A DNA stretch of 64,000 bases from Rebecca billardiae RCC1528. Taxonomy: Eukaryota > Protista > Haptophyta. Shown piece after piece: positions 9,463-20,553 of this stretch. Below the pieces are notes generated by a model that was not told where the DNA came from, did no database searches, and worked only from the letters and a program-made list of their open reading frames with translations. Numbering within the stretch: position 1 is the first letter of the stretch; each line of letters opens with the position of its first letter. Both the position numbers and the translations under genes were made by a program. The stretch covers positions 930,001-994,000 of the forward strand of contig OZ251238.1 in NCBI GenBank assembly GCA_965240325.2, given 5' to 3'.

Positions 9463-12018
9463 ATGGCCGCCGACCGGCCGCCCCGGCGGTCGCGGATGCT
9501 GCTCCTCGTGTGTGCCTGTCTGGCTCTTCGCGCGCATGCGCACGGCGGCCCGGCAGAGGCGCTCGCGCTCCTCCGGCGCGTCCTTCCGCACGACGCCGTC
9601 CCGTACTTCACCGTCGAGCTCCACGACGGCGCCGGCACGGCGGTGTTCGAAGTGCGCACGCGGCCGTGCGCCTTCAACAGCAGCGAGACGTGCGTGGAGC
9701 TGCTAGGCGCGGATCCGGTCGGCGTCGCGGCCGGGCTGCACCACTACCTTACGCGCTACGCGCTGCGATCGAGCTCGTGGGCGGGCGGCAGCCTTGGAGC
9801 GCTCCCCATGCCACGCCCGCTTCCAGCTGTCCGGACGCCCGTGAGCGCACGCCGGTGGTCTGAGTGGACCTACTACGGCAATCAGGTGACGCCGAGCTAC
9901 TCGCAGGCGTGGTGGACTTGGGAGCGGTGGGAGCAGGAGCTCGACTGGATGGCCATGCGCGGCGTCACGCTCCTCGCCACGCTCGGCGGGCAGGAGGAGC
10001 TGTGGTGGCGCGTGTACGGACGGCTTGGCCTCAGCGACACTGAGCTGCAGCGGTGGCTGACCGGGCCTGCCTTCCACGCCTGGGGGCGGATGGGCAACCT
10101 GCGCGGGTGGGGCGGCCCGCTGCCACGGCCCCTCGCGCGGGCGCAGCTCGCGCTCCACGCCCGCGTCGTCCGCCGCGCGCGCGCCCTCGGCATGCACCCC
10201 GTCCTGCCCTGCTTTGCGGGCCATGTGCCCTCGGCCGTGACGCGCGTCTTCCCGAATGCGTCGGTCGTGCGGCAGCCGGACTGGTGCGGCTTCGGCGAGA
10301 CGTACAGCGAGGCGTTCTTCCTCGAGCCCACAGACCCGCTGTACGCGCGGCTGGCGCGCGAGCTCATCCACGAGCAGGCCAGGGCGGGGCTGCTCGAGCT
10401 CGAGCGCACTGGCGCCGACGGCAGCGGCTCGGCTGCGGCAGCGGGCGCGGGTGGGACAGGCCTGGCGCCCTCGACACAGCTGTACGCGTGCGACCAGTTC
10501 AACGAGGTCCGGCCGACGGGCCGGAGCGCCTCGCGCGGGCTGCGCGGGCTGCGCGAGGCGTCGGGCGCGCACATCCGCGCGCTCACGCGCGCCGACCCGG
10601 GCGCCGTCTGGATGCTGCAGGCGTGGCAGTTTCTGGATATTTCCTTTTGGAGCGCGCGCCGGCGGCGCGCGTACCTCGGCGCCGTGCCGCGCGGCCGGCT
10701 GCTCGTGCTCGACCTGTACGCGGAGGTGCGGCCGCTCTGGCGGCAGACGGAGGCGTTCGGCGGCCACCCCTTCGTGTGGTGCATGCTGCACAACTTTGGC
10801 GCCAACTCGGGCCTGTACGCCAAGCTGCCCACAGTGCTGACCGCGCCGCGCGCCGACGCGGCCGAAGCGGCTCGGCTGTGGGGCGGGCGCGTGGCCGGCG
10901 TCGGCGTCTGCATGGAGGGGACCGGCACGACCGAGGCGGCGTACGACGCGCTCTTCGACGCGCAGTGGGACTTGGACGGAGCCGGAGGCGCGGCCGCCGA
11001 CGTGGCGCATGCCGCCGACCCAACCGCGGCGTGGCTGGACAGGTGGGTCGCTGCTCGGTACGGCTCGGCGCGCGACGACCGCCCGTTCCGGGCGTGGCAG
11101 CAGCTGCGCCGCACGCTGCTCTCGGCAGACAGCTCCCTCGACGCGGAGGTGCAGGGCGCGCCGGTGTCGATCATGACCCGCCGGCCGGCGCTGTCCATGG
11201 AGCGCTCGGGCTTCCAGCCCACCAAGCTCTTCTACGATCCGGCTGAGCTGCTGCCTGCCTGGGAGCTGCTGCTGGGTGCCGCCACGGATGCGTGCGCGCC
11301 GGCAGCCGAGGCGCCGGCGGTCACGGCCGAGCGCGGCGACGCGGCGCGTGGGCGCCCGAGTGGCGGCGCGGCGGCACGGCCGGCGTGCCCGCCGACCCTC
11401 GTGCACGACTTGCTCGACGTGTCGAGGCAGGTGCTCTCCAACCTCATGCTGCCGCTGCATCGGCAGCTCGTGGCCGCGTACGGCGACGCGGACGCCGCCG
11501 CCGTCCGGCGCGTGGGCGCTCGGATGCTCAGGCTGATGCGCGATCTGGACGCCGCGCTTGGCACAGCGCGCGGCTGGCTGCTCGGCCGCTGGCTCGCTGA
11601 CGCGCGGGAGCTGGCCTCGGGGCTGGAGCAGCGCGCCGAGCTCGAGGCGATGCTTGAGTGGAACGCCCGCAACCAAGTCACCCTCTGGGGGCCGGCCGGG
11701 GAGGTCGCCGACTACGCCTGCAAGGAATGGGCAGGCCTCATCCGGAGCTACTACGTGCCGCGCTGGGAGCTGTTCGTTCGCGCGCTCGAGGCCGCAGCGC
11801 GCGCGCAGAGCGCCTTCGACACCGACGCCTTTGCGCGTGAATGCCTTTCGCTCGAGCGTGCCTGGCAGCACAATTCGAGCGAACGCTTTTCGTCCGAGCC
11901 AGTGGCTGATGATGGGACTCGTCTGATGAGTCCGGTCGTCGAAGCGGTTGCACGGCTGCATGATCAGTACAGTCTGACGACGCGCGTCGCCATCAGCACG
12001 CATGATGCGCGTGAATAG
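9463..12018 (+). CDS. NAGLU: Alpha-N-acetylglucosaminidase (glycoside hydrolase family 89)
   Basis: YYGNQVTPSYSQAWWTWERWEQELDWMAMRG, GPAFHAWGRMGNLRGWGGPLP, WCMLHNFG, EWNARNQVTLWG..DYACKEWAGLIRSYYVPRW; signal-peptide-like MLLLVCACLALRAHA. Confidence 0.95.
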   Translation: MAADRPPRRSRMLLLVCACLALRAHAHGGPAEALALLRRVLPHDAVPYFTVELHDGAGTAVFEVRTRPCAFNSSETCVELLGADPVGVAAGLHHYLTRYALRSSSWAGGSLGALPMPRPLPAVRTPVSARRWSEWTYYGNQVTPSYSQAWWTWERWEQELDWMAMRGVTLLATLGGQEELWWRVYGRLGLSDTELQRWLTGPAFHAWGRMGNLRGWGGPLPRPLARAQLALHARVVRRARALGMHPVLPCFAGHVPSAVTRVFPNASVVRQPDWCGFGETYSEAFFLEPTDPLYARLARELIHEQARAGLLELERTGADGSGSAAAAGAGGTGLAPSTQLYACDQFNEVRPTGRSASRGLRGLREASGAHIRALTRADPGAVWMLQAWQFLDISFWSARRRRAYLGAVPRGRLLVLDLYAEVRPLWRQTEAFGGHPFVWCMLHNFGANSGLYAKLPTVLTAPRADAAEAARLWGGRVAGVGVCMEGTGTTEAAYDALFDAQWDLDGAGGAAADVAHAADPTAAWLDRWVAARYGSARDDRPFRAWQQLRRTLLSADSSLDAEVQGAPVSIMTRRPALSMERSGFQPTKLFYDPAELLPAWELLLGAATDACAPAAEAPAVTAERGDAARGRPSGGAAARPACPPTLVHDLLDVSRQVLSNLMLPLHRQLVAAYGDADAAAVRRVGARMLRLMRDLDAALGTARGWLLGRWLADARELASGLEQRAELEAMLEWNARNQVTLWGPAGEVADYACKEWAGLIRSYYVPRWELFVRALEAAARAQSAFDTDAFARECLSLERAWQHNSSERFSSEPVADDGTRLMSPVVEAVARLHDQYSLTTRVAISTHDARE

Positions 12019-12247
12019 CGCGTTCGACCGCCATCATGATCATCGATCGTCATCGGATCATCGACTATCATCAGCATGACATCATCAGGCACTACATTAT
12101 TATTCATCACATATATATATTGATGATGTCTAAATAATATATATATATATCATCGATATATCATCATCACTTATTATTGTCGTCATCATCATTACATGCA
12201 TCACAATTCACATCGCGCGCGAGAGTATACGGACTGCAGCACTCACC

Positions 12248-12356
<109 letters not shown>

Positions 12357-12717
12357 GAGAGAGCTGAGAGAGAGAGACAGAGAGTCAGAGAGACGGACAA
12401 TTTAATACGCGGGTCGCAGGGCAGGCGCCGCCGGAACCGTTTTACTTTATTTATTAATTTATTTATTAGTGAGCATCAGCCCGCCAGCATCATGAGTCGG
12501 AAACGGCGCGGGTCAGTTCTATCGCTGAGTGTCACTACTCACGGGACCCAATTTGTCAGCCGTACTGCTGTAGCGCAGTTATTATTCAATATAATCAGAT
12601 ATAAAGCAGCAGCGCCCTGGAGCAGTAGCAGTGACAATCAGCGTATGACGGGTCACGTGGCCGTAGTATATGACTAGTATGCCCGCAGCAGAGCTATTAG
12701 GTACCGTAACATATAGT

Positions 12718-14438
12718 CTATACCATCTGCTCGTCGTCGACTTGCTGTGCGGCGTTCGCCATTGCCGCCAGCAGCGGAGCGTGAGAACCGCAAAGCATCG
12801 CGGTCGCCAACACCGCGGCAGCGGCGGCACGGGCACGGGCTGTGTTGATGCCATCCACGCCGCCGGCTCCCGACGGCTGGCCTGTGCTCTCGGGTGGCAA
12901 GATTGGGTGCCAGCACGGTGGGGCATTATGCTGATTAGTGCGCTGCGCCCGCATCGGCGCGGCCGCCGCGGCAGCACTCGCAGTGTGCGCGCCATGCAGC
13001 GCAGCCAGCCCTTCTCCAGGCCACGTCTCCACTCTGCCGCCGCCGCCGCCGGAACCGGGCCAGCAAGGTGTCGCGCTCTCGCGGTCGGCGCCGGGGAGCA
13101 CAGCGTCATGCAGCGCCGCGAGCAGCGCGTCCATCGTCGCAGCACGCTGCGTTGGGAGTGCCGGCTGCCTGCACAGATGGCTGCCAAGGCGTTGCGTAGC
13201 GCCAGCGGCCATTTCGCCGTCGCTCTGCGCGCGGAGTGTGCGGAGTGCTGCGTCCTCAGCACCCATGCCGTACGACAAGCTGGTGGCGCGAGCATCGCCG
13301 CCGTGCGAGAGGCGTGACCAAGCTTGTTGTTGATGCGGCACGCCCACATCCAGGGCCGAGTGCTGGTTCGGCGGCTCCAACGACGGCAGGATGGCCGCTG
13401 CGGGCGGCACGCCCTCTGCACTCGGCCGAGCAGCTGGCGGCCGCTGTGCGCCAGCAAGCGCCTGGGCGGCGGCGCCGCCCATGAATGCGCTGCTGCCGCC
13501 ACCCTCCTCGCCCTCCATCGCCACCACCATGCCATGCGCGTGGCTCGGCAGCTGCGCCCACGTGGGCACAGCGGATTGAGCGACGTGCTGCCGATGATGA
13601 TGCCCATGCTGCTCTGCGACCGGCAGCTGCACCCGTCCGTGACGCACGGCGCTGGCCCTCACAGGCGCGAGCTGCGTCGTCTGCAGGTGCAGAGTGGCAG
13701 CATCTGCGCCCTGAGCGCCGCTGGTCGCGCCGCCAACGCGGCCCGCGCCCACAACAGCGGCAGCGACGGGCACGCCCCACTGTGGGAGATCAGGCCGAGG
13801 AGCGCGGCCGTCGTCTCGCGCGCAAAGCGGTGGTGGCACCCCCGCCAGTGGGAGCGCCACGGCCACGGGCGTGTTCACCGGCTGGTTCCGCAAAGTCGCC
13901 ACAGGAACGGGGATTGCCGGGACCGGAGGGCCTGCGAAGGACGAGCAGCAAGGCTGCTGCGTTTCAGCGTTCGCGACGGGCAGCGCGGGCTCCCCGTTGT
14001 CGCTTGCCTGCTTGAGAAGCGCGTAGAACCGATTCTTGATCGCGTGGCCGCTTCGACCCGGCACCACGTCGCGAAGTCGCGACCAGCGCTGTTGCACGCC
14101 GTGCGCGGGCGGGCGGGCGCGGGCGCGGGTGAACAGGCCGGTCTGGTGCGCGCATTGCGTCGCATCGCCTCGCGAGGCGGTTCGCCCGGCGCATCGCGGC
14201 GCACCTGGCCACGGCTGTGAACCCCTTGCCAGACCAGCGCGTCCTCCTCCGGTGTCCACGCCTCCTTGTTCACTCCGGGACGCAGATGGTTCCTCCAGCG
14301 CTCGCGGCATTGCCAGTCGTTGCGCGTGCCGTGCAGCCGGGCGATCTCAGTCCACCGTGCAGGGCCGTGCTCGTCAACGAGATCGCGAAGCCGCTTGTCC
14401 TCTGCCTCGGACCATGCGCGTCGCCGCTGTCCTCGCAT
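12718..14438 (-). CDS. R2R3-MYB transcription factor (intron 14089-14204)
   Basis: WSEAEDKRLRDLVDEHGPARWTEIA...QCRERWRNHLRPGVNKEAWTPEED...GQ|RWSRLRDVVPGRSGHAIKNRF; a GT-AG intron restores the R3 repeat; long low-complexity C-terminus. Confidence 0.9.
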
Positions 14439-15153
14439 GGGTCGAGCGCTCCTGATTGTCGTGTGCGATGCTGGGTTAGATGCGGGGATGAGGAGACGGC
14501 TCGACGATGCGACTTGGCACGACGTGCTCGCTCGGCACAACACACTGAACCTTCTGTGAAAGGGAGTGCAACCACTTTTGATATGGCCGTTCCCAGAAGG
14601 GCGTACATCACTAGGTGTCATTAACGCAAATTGGGCTCGGGCAGCCGACCTACATATTTGATAATCATAATTCAGTTTCGCGAACGCTTGCACGCCGCCA
14701 TCATTGTTTATGATACCGGTTTGCACCGATTCCGGTACGAATGCTCATATGATCATTTTAATCACCTTCATAGAAGGGCTGAGTCGCTGTACTCTCGCCT
14801 TCCAACGTATTAACTACGATACTGAAAAATGAAAACTTCCACCTAGAGGGCGAGGCTGCTCTCAATGAATAGGCTCAGCAACCTCGCGAGTCACGACCGC
14901 CGGAAATAGGCCTGCGTTTTGAAAGCTGAGAGCGTGAATACAACCTGGCGGTCGACCTAGAGTCATTAACGCACCCGCGACCCGCGAACTTTTCCGAATC
15001 ATACTCACAATCATCATCTTGCTCACATCTGGAAACCCATCACCGCCGCCAACTTGTAATAGTCTGGCGGTGCACCGTTTCAAGTTGGGTTCCCATAATA
15101 TATTCAATATTATCATAACCAATGTGCTCGGCGACGGGACGACGAATGTGAGA

Positions 15154-17681
15154 CCAAAGGACCATCAAATACCTAGGAGAGAAACTCGTTGGTTTCGTCA
15201 GTCGGATCTGGTGGTCGACGAAACCCAGGGTGCCGAGCAGAAGCCAGGTCGGAATGGCGAGGAGGCGGCCCTCTCCGCCCCGACCCACGATCCGCGTGTC
15301 TTCAGCGGGCACATGGGCACCGCCGTGGTCTCGGACGGGGCTCGTGTGAAGGGGACGCCCGGCCGGCACACTGGCACCCCTCTCGCGTGCCTTGGTTCAC
15401 CTCCTCCGTGCCTTCAGTGGGAGCACGCGCCTTCCGGTTCCATGCTCCCATTTGGCGTGCGCGGCGGCTCCGCGACTCGTGTGCAGCACTGCGTGGGCGA
15501 CCAAACGTGGGTGAAGTGCCCTGGTACCGCGGGGTGTGGTGCGTGTGGCACGCCAAACGAACTTTACCCACGTTTTCTTGCGAACTCGACGCCACGTACG
15601 TGTTGCCTTGCGTTGTGGCTGGGCGCCCATCCGAGTAGTGGCGAGCACGCCCTCAGGAGAGGTGAGGCGGGCATGGTGATGGCGTGTGCGGGCGCACAGC
15701 AACATTCTGGAGCATGTGCGTGCATGCGCGAGCGCTGGTCGACGGACCGCGCCTACCTGTGGCACGCGCGCGCTCACGCGCTGCTAATCTTTCCCACCCG
15801 ACCAGTGTGGTGAACTGGCTTGAGCGGCGTTGCACTTGCAAGGGCACGCTCGAGCACAGAAGCGGTTAGAACACGTTGCGCAGGTCGTGTGTACCCTACG
15901 CCGCTGCGCCAACGCGCTCCCCTGGTTTTGGTCGCCCAGGCAGTGCTGCACGTGATGCGCTGTCGGCACAGGCCGAGTGCTGCGCCGTTCAGCCCCCTCC
16001 TGTTTGGCGCGCTGTACGAGTCAAGCACGGCATGCATGGTCGACTAGCCCGCCGATCAGACAGCAGCTGCTCGTCATTATTGTGGTCGCGGCCCAATAGC
16101 AAACAGCGGGGGCCTGGCGGCCGTGTCCCGTTAGGGCTGGTCGAACACAGCGCGTCTAGGACGCGACGGAGGACGGGAGGAGCTTGCCAGGGCCGGCAGA
16201 CCCGACGACGATGGGACGAGTTGACCGTTCAGCGCTGACTAACAGTATCATCCGGTGGCGCGCTGCAGGCGCGCGCGAGCGGCGCGGCACCGCGGCACCG
16301 CACCGCCGGGTTCTGCAAGGCCCACCGAGGCGCATGGCGAGGCGCGTGTCGATGCAGTCGTTGCTGCGCACGGCCGCTCGGGAGTCGGGCACGACGGCGC
16401 GGCAACGGCACGCACCGCGGACCATGGCCCACCGGTCTGCAGGCGCGGGGCGAGTTGCGCAGGCCACAACCTGCACGGCGTACCGATGCAGACGTCGCTG
16501 AGCACGGCCCTTAGCAGAGTCACCGGCCAGGAACACACGCTGCTCAACCGCAGTGACGCGCGGCGGCGCGGCCGGGCAGCCGCGGCACACACTCCCGAGT
16601 CGGAGGCCAGTCTGACTCACTCCGACGACTCAGCATTGATGACACGACTGATGATAGTGCGGCGGGCGTGCGGCGCCCCTGAATAATAGCAATCGGCCCT
16701 AGCCTGGTGCTCGCAGTCACAGAGTTGGTCATCACTCACCAGTGTCAGGCCCTCTAGCGAGACCAGCTCAGCCACCGGCAGCCACACGAGCTAATCACAG
16801 CGCGAGCCCGGGCGCACGGCTGCTGCTCGTGCTGCGCCGCGCGCTGCTGCTGGCTCATCCACATCGCCGGCTCATGCCTTTCCGACTGGCTCGTCGGCAT
16901 ACCTGCCTGAATCTGCGCCGGCACAGGCCTCATCGCGAGCAGGCGCCGACTGGCGTTGCTTGAGCAGGCATATACCCGCCTCGATGCCAACCTCGGTGGA
17001 CCCACCGCAGCGCTGAGCGCGCGCGCGCGCGTGCCACAGGTAGTTGCGGTCCGTCGACCAGCGCTCGCGCATGCACGCACATGCTCCAGAACGTTGCTGT
17101 GCGCCCGCACACGCCATCACCATGCCCGCCTCACCTCTCCTGAGGGCGTGCTCGCCACTACTCGGATGGGCGCCCAGCCACAACGCAAGGCAACACGTAC
17201 GTGGCGTCGAGTTCGCAAGAAAACGTGGGTAAAGTTCGTTTGGCGTGCCACACGCACCACACCCCGCGGTACCAGGGCACTTCACCCACGTTTGGTCGCC
17301 CACGCAGTGCTGCACACGAGTCGCGGAGCCGCCGCGCACGCCAAATGGGAGCATGGAACCGGAAGGTGCGTGCTCCCACTGAAGGCACGGAGGAGGTGAA
17401 CCAAGGCACGCGAGAGGGGTGCCAGTGTGCCGGCCGGGCGTCCCCTTCACACGAGCCCCGTCCGAGACCACGGCGGTGCCCATGTGCCCGCTGAAGACAC
17501 GCGGATCGTGGGTCGGGGCGGAGAGGGCCGCCTCCTCGCCATTCCGACCTGGCTTCTGCTCGGCACCCTGGGTTTCGTCGACCACCAGATTCAAGATCCG
17601 ACAGCGTCCCTAACCAAAAACCACTGTGGGCAGACCGACGAAACCCGGAGTTTCTCTCCTAGGTATTTGATGGTCCTTTGG
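15154..17681. mobile_element. Non-autonomous foldback-type DNA transposon with ~630-675-bp terminal inverted repeats and 5-bp TSD (TGAGA)
   Basis: Left arm 15154-~15784 starts CCAAAGGACCATCAAATACCTAGGAGAGAAACTC; right arm ~17007-17681 is its near-identical reverse complement (few substitutions, one ~40-bp subterminal indel); TGAGA at 15149-15153 and 17682-17686. No transposase recognised in the 1.2-kb spacer. Confidence 0.9.
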
Positions 17682-17822
17682 TGAGACGAACTTTACCGGT
17701 GCGCGGGTAACATGCTCCGGGACCAACCACCCTTGCTCCGGAACTCATGAACATCCCCAGCCCGGTCCGGTCCGGCCTCCTCTAATCCGCTCATCGCTGC
17801 AATCTGCCGGACCTTACCCGCC

Positions 17823-19412
17823 ATGCTGACCGCCCTGCTACTAACGGCAGGGATGGGCGCGCGGCGCGCGGAAGGCTGGACGTACTTCCGCGGCTACGTG
17901 TCCAATCGCGACACCATCGGGGAGGCGAGGGGCGTCACGCTGGACGAGGCGAAGTCGCGCTGCGAGGCCGATCCCGAATGCAAGGCGTTCACGTACACAA
18001 CGCGCGCTGTCGGTGGGCAGGTGGCGACGTACCATGTCTTCTTCAAGGGCGGCGTGACGGTGGTCGACGATCCGCTCTGGATCTCGCTCGTCAAGACACG
18101 CGACGACCTCGGGCACAGCGCCCACCCGTCCGTGCGCAGGGGGGACAAGGACGCCGGCTGCGGCGAGCTCTCACTCGAGACGCTCGATAGCCGGACGCGC
18201 GCGCTGCAGCAGAAGATCGACGAGTACGTCGAGCATCACAGCATGAACCGGCAGTCCGCGAAGGCGAGCAAGTGCTGCGCCGCGCTCCGCGGGGAGCCGG
18301 TGCGCGGCGACGCCACCGAAGTCGCCGACGAGCGCTGCATGACGCGCGAGGTGCTCGTCACCCTCGAGACGGGCTGTCAGGACAGGGTCTGTACCGAGCG
18401 GGTGGCCGAGCTTCGAGAGCGGATCCACGGGCTGTGCGACGCGCTGAACCGGATCGACTGCTCGCCGCCGATCTGCCACGCATTCAGGCACGACTCGGCC
18501 GTCGCGCGCCTCGCCCTCGCCGCGTCGCGGCGCGACGCGCAGCCGTCGCAGTGGCGCGCGGGCTCAGGCTCGGCGCTTGGCGCCTCGCTGGGCGAGCCGG
18601 GAGCTGCCGCGCCCGACGACGGCTTCGGCGCGGCGCGCGGCGGGGCCGGCGTGGGCCTGTCGGCCTCGCCACTCGACGGCGTGCTCGTGGGCTGCATCGA
18701 CCTCAGCGAGCTCTCGCGCGTCGACGCGCAGCACTTCCGAGCCTTCTTCGAGCCTCCATCCGCGGCGGCGATCGCGGCGAGCGGCGGCGCGGGCCGGATG
18801 GCCGGGGGGCGGCGCGCTGACGCACTCGACGCGCGCGCGCGCGGCACGGTGCTCGCGTGCGCGCGCGCGTGCGCCGAGCACGCGAACGGCACCACGTACC
18901 TCGCCGTCGAGCGCGGCGCGTGCGCATGCGGCGTTGTCTTCATCCACAGGGAGAGAGACTACGTGCGGGGTGAGCAGTGCGGCGCGCCGTGCCGCCGGGA
19001 GTCGGCGCGGGTCGCACGCGCGGGCGTGAGCCTGCCGTGCGGCCGGCGAGACCACGTCGCGGTGTACTCGACGCGGCGACTACTGACGCTGCAGACGATC
19101 ACCGCCGGCACGGACGAGTCGACGCGGGCATGGGAGCTCAGAGGCGCCGTCCTCCAGTGGGGTGAGCAGTCCGGCTTGCCCGCACACGGTCCGTCCACGA
19201 TGGCACTCCTGGGCGCGTGCGCGTGCGCGGCGGCACTTGCACTCGCGGCGGTGGGCGCGGCGGCGCGGCTTTACAGAGTGCGTGATGCACATTCGCATGC
19301 AGAGGCGGCCGGTGTGACGCCAACGCCGCCGGCGAGCCGCCAACCAGCGGCATGCCCGAAGGACGACGTGCACGATGCAGCTGGGCCAGCTGGCAGCTGG
19401 GCACGGCTGTGA
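17823..19412 (+). CDS. Secreted/type-I membrane protein with N-terminal PAN/apple-like Cys domain and WSC domain
   Basis: Signal peptide; TLDEAKSRCEADPECKAFTY; WSC-like VGCID...CARACAE...YLAVERGACACG...CGAPC...LPCGRRDHVAVYS; hydrophobic TM segment near the C-terminus. Confidence 0.7.
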   Translation: MLTALLLTAGMGARRAEGWTYFRGYVSNRDTIGEARGVTLDEAKSRCEADPECKAFTYTTRAVGGQVATYHVFFKGGVTVVDDPLWISLVKTRDDLGHSAHPSVRRGDKDAGCGELSLETLDSRTRALQQKIDEYVEHHSMNRQSAKASKCCAALRGEPVRGDATEVADERCMTREVLVTLETGCQDRVCTERVAELRERIHGLCDALNRIDCSPPICHAFRHDSAVARLALAASRRDAQPSQWRAGSGSALGASLGEPGAAAPDDGFGAARGGAGVGLSASPLDGVLVGCIDLSELSRVDAQHFRAFFEPPSAAAIAASGGAGRMAGGRRADALDARARGTVLACARACAEHANGTTYLAVERGACACGVVFIHRERDYVRGEQCGAPCRRESARVARAGVSLPCGRRDHVAVYSTRRLLTLQTITAGTDESTRAWELRGAVLQWGEQSGLPAHGPSTMALLGACACAAALALAAVGAAARLYRVRDAHSHAEAAGVTPTPPASRQPAACPKDDVHDAAGPAGSWARL

Positions 19413-19822
19413 CACTGACGATAGGCTAAAAGGCTAGTGGCTCCGGTTGACCCCTGCCAAGCCGGTGACGAAAATCTAAATCAGTTATGGCGCACGGCCC
19501 CCCCGAAAGGTCTGAGCGTGAGCGAAAGCCGGGGGGGGCGGCGCACGTGCTCCGCAAAATCAAAAAAGAGGATGCGCGCAGGATTTGGGGGATTTTTTAT
19601 ATTTGCTGCTGGGCTGCTTACGACTGAAGTAGACTACTTCAGACTCTCTAGTAACTCATTTTTTCATATATATATATATATAGCTGTTTACCCAGTCCAG
19701 TGACATATTTCCAATAGCTATGGGTGCATCTGGATCGCTCCCGCGGCGCGCCCGCGGATGGCGTGTTCTGACCAGAGCCCCTGAAATGGGTAAATACAGA
19801 GTAAAAAGAGAGTAGTCTGAAC

Positions 19823-19985
<163 letters not shown>

Positions 19986-20553
19986 GTGAAAATGCTTGTT
20001 GGCGCCGAATATATCTGCTCTTCAGCCAAGGCGTCATCATCTACTGCTACTGACGACGATCTAGCTATAGGCATCGTCCATTGAGGTCCTCCTGATGATG
20101 ATGTGCAGTTTTCACGATCGTGTAACTTATTATTCATCATCATGAACGGTCCCGCGGAGCTCGGGCACAGTGTCAGTGCCAGTGGCAGTGCGGACACATG
20201 CATCTGCATTCTCAGATCATCTGGCTCAAGGGGTCAACCGAAGGAGCAGTGGCCAGTGCGGATACATCGTCATCCGATGGCGAGTGCTATAGCTAAGAAG
20301 CGGGCGAAGGACTCATGTCATCTGGCTAAACTCACGACTATAAAGCCTAAACGGGCCAAATTGTGGCCGGCCGCCGAATTCGAACGGCCCAGATGAGCCG
20401 ATATATTATCGATGCTGCTGAACGAACTATATGACGACGATGCCAGTGCGGCAGTGGTGTGAGCTCGGCGCCGGGCCCGCGTCCGCGGGCCGGGGCCGCC
20501 CTCGGAGGCGGCGGGCATCGACTTACACGACGAGACGCTGGCCAGATGATTCG

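Noticed and set aside
15185-15225. Possible hammerhead ribozyme in the foldback TIR (CTGACGA on the minus strand next to GAAAC/GTTTC motifs)
   Set aside because: No GAAA follows a stem II after CTGANGA in the required order; better explained as inverted subterminal transposase-binding motifs.
15019-17594. Near-identical ORFs 15019-15813(+) and 16872-17594(-) as duplicated genes
   Set aside because: They are translations of the two TIR arms; there is no recognisable domain and neither has a convincing start.
17607-17622. CCCTAACC as a telomeric repeat seed
   Set aside because: Only a single unit; not an array.
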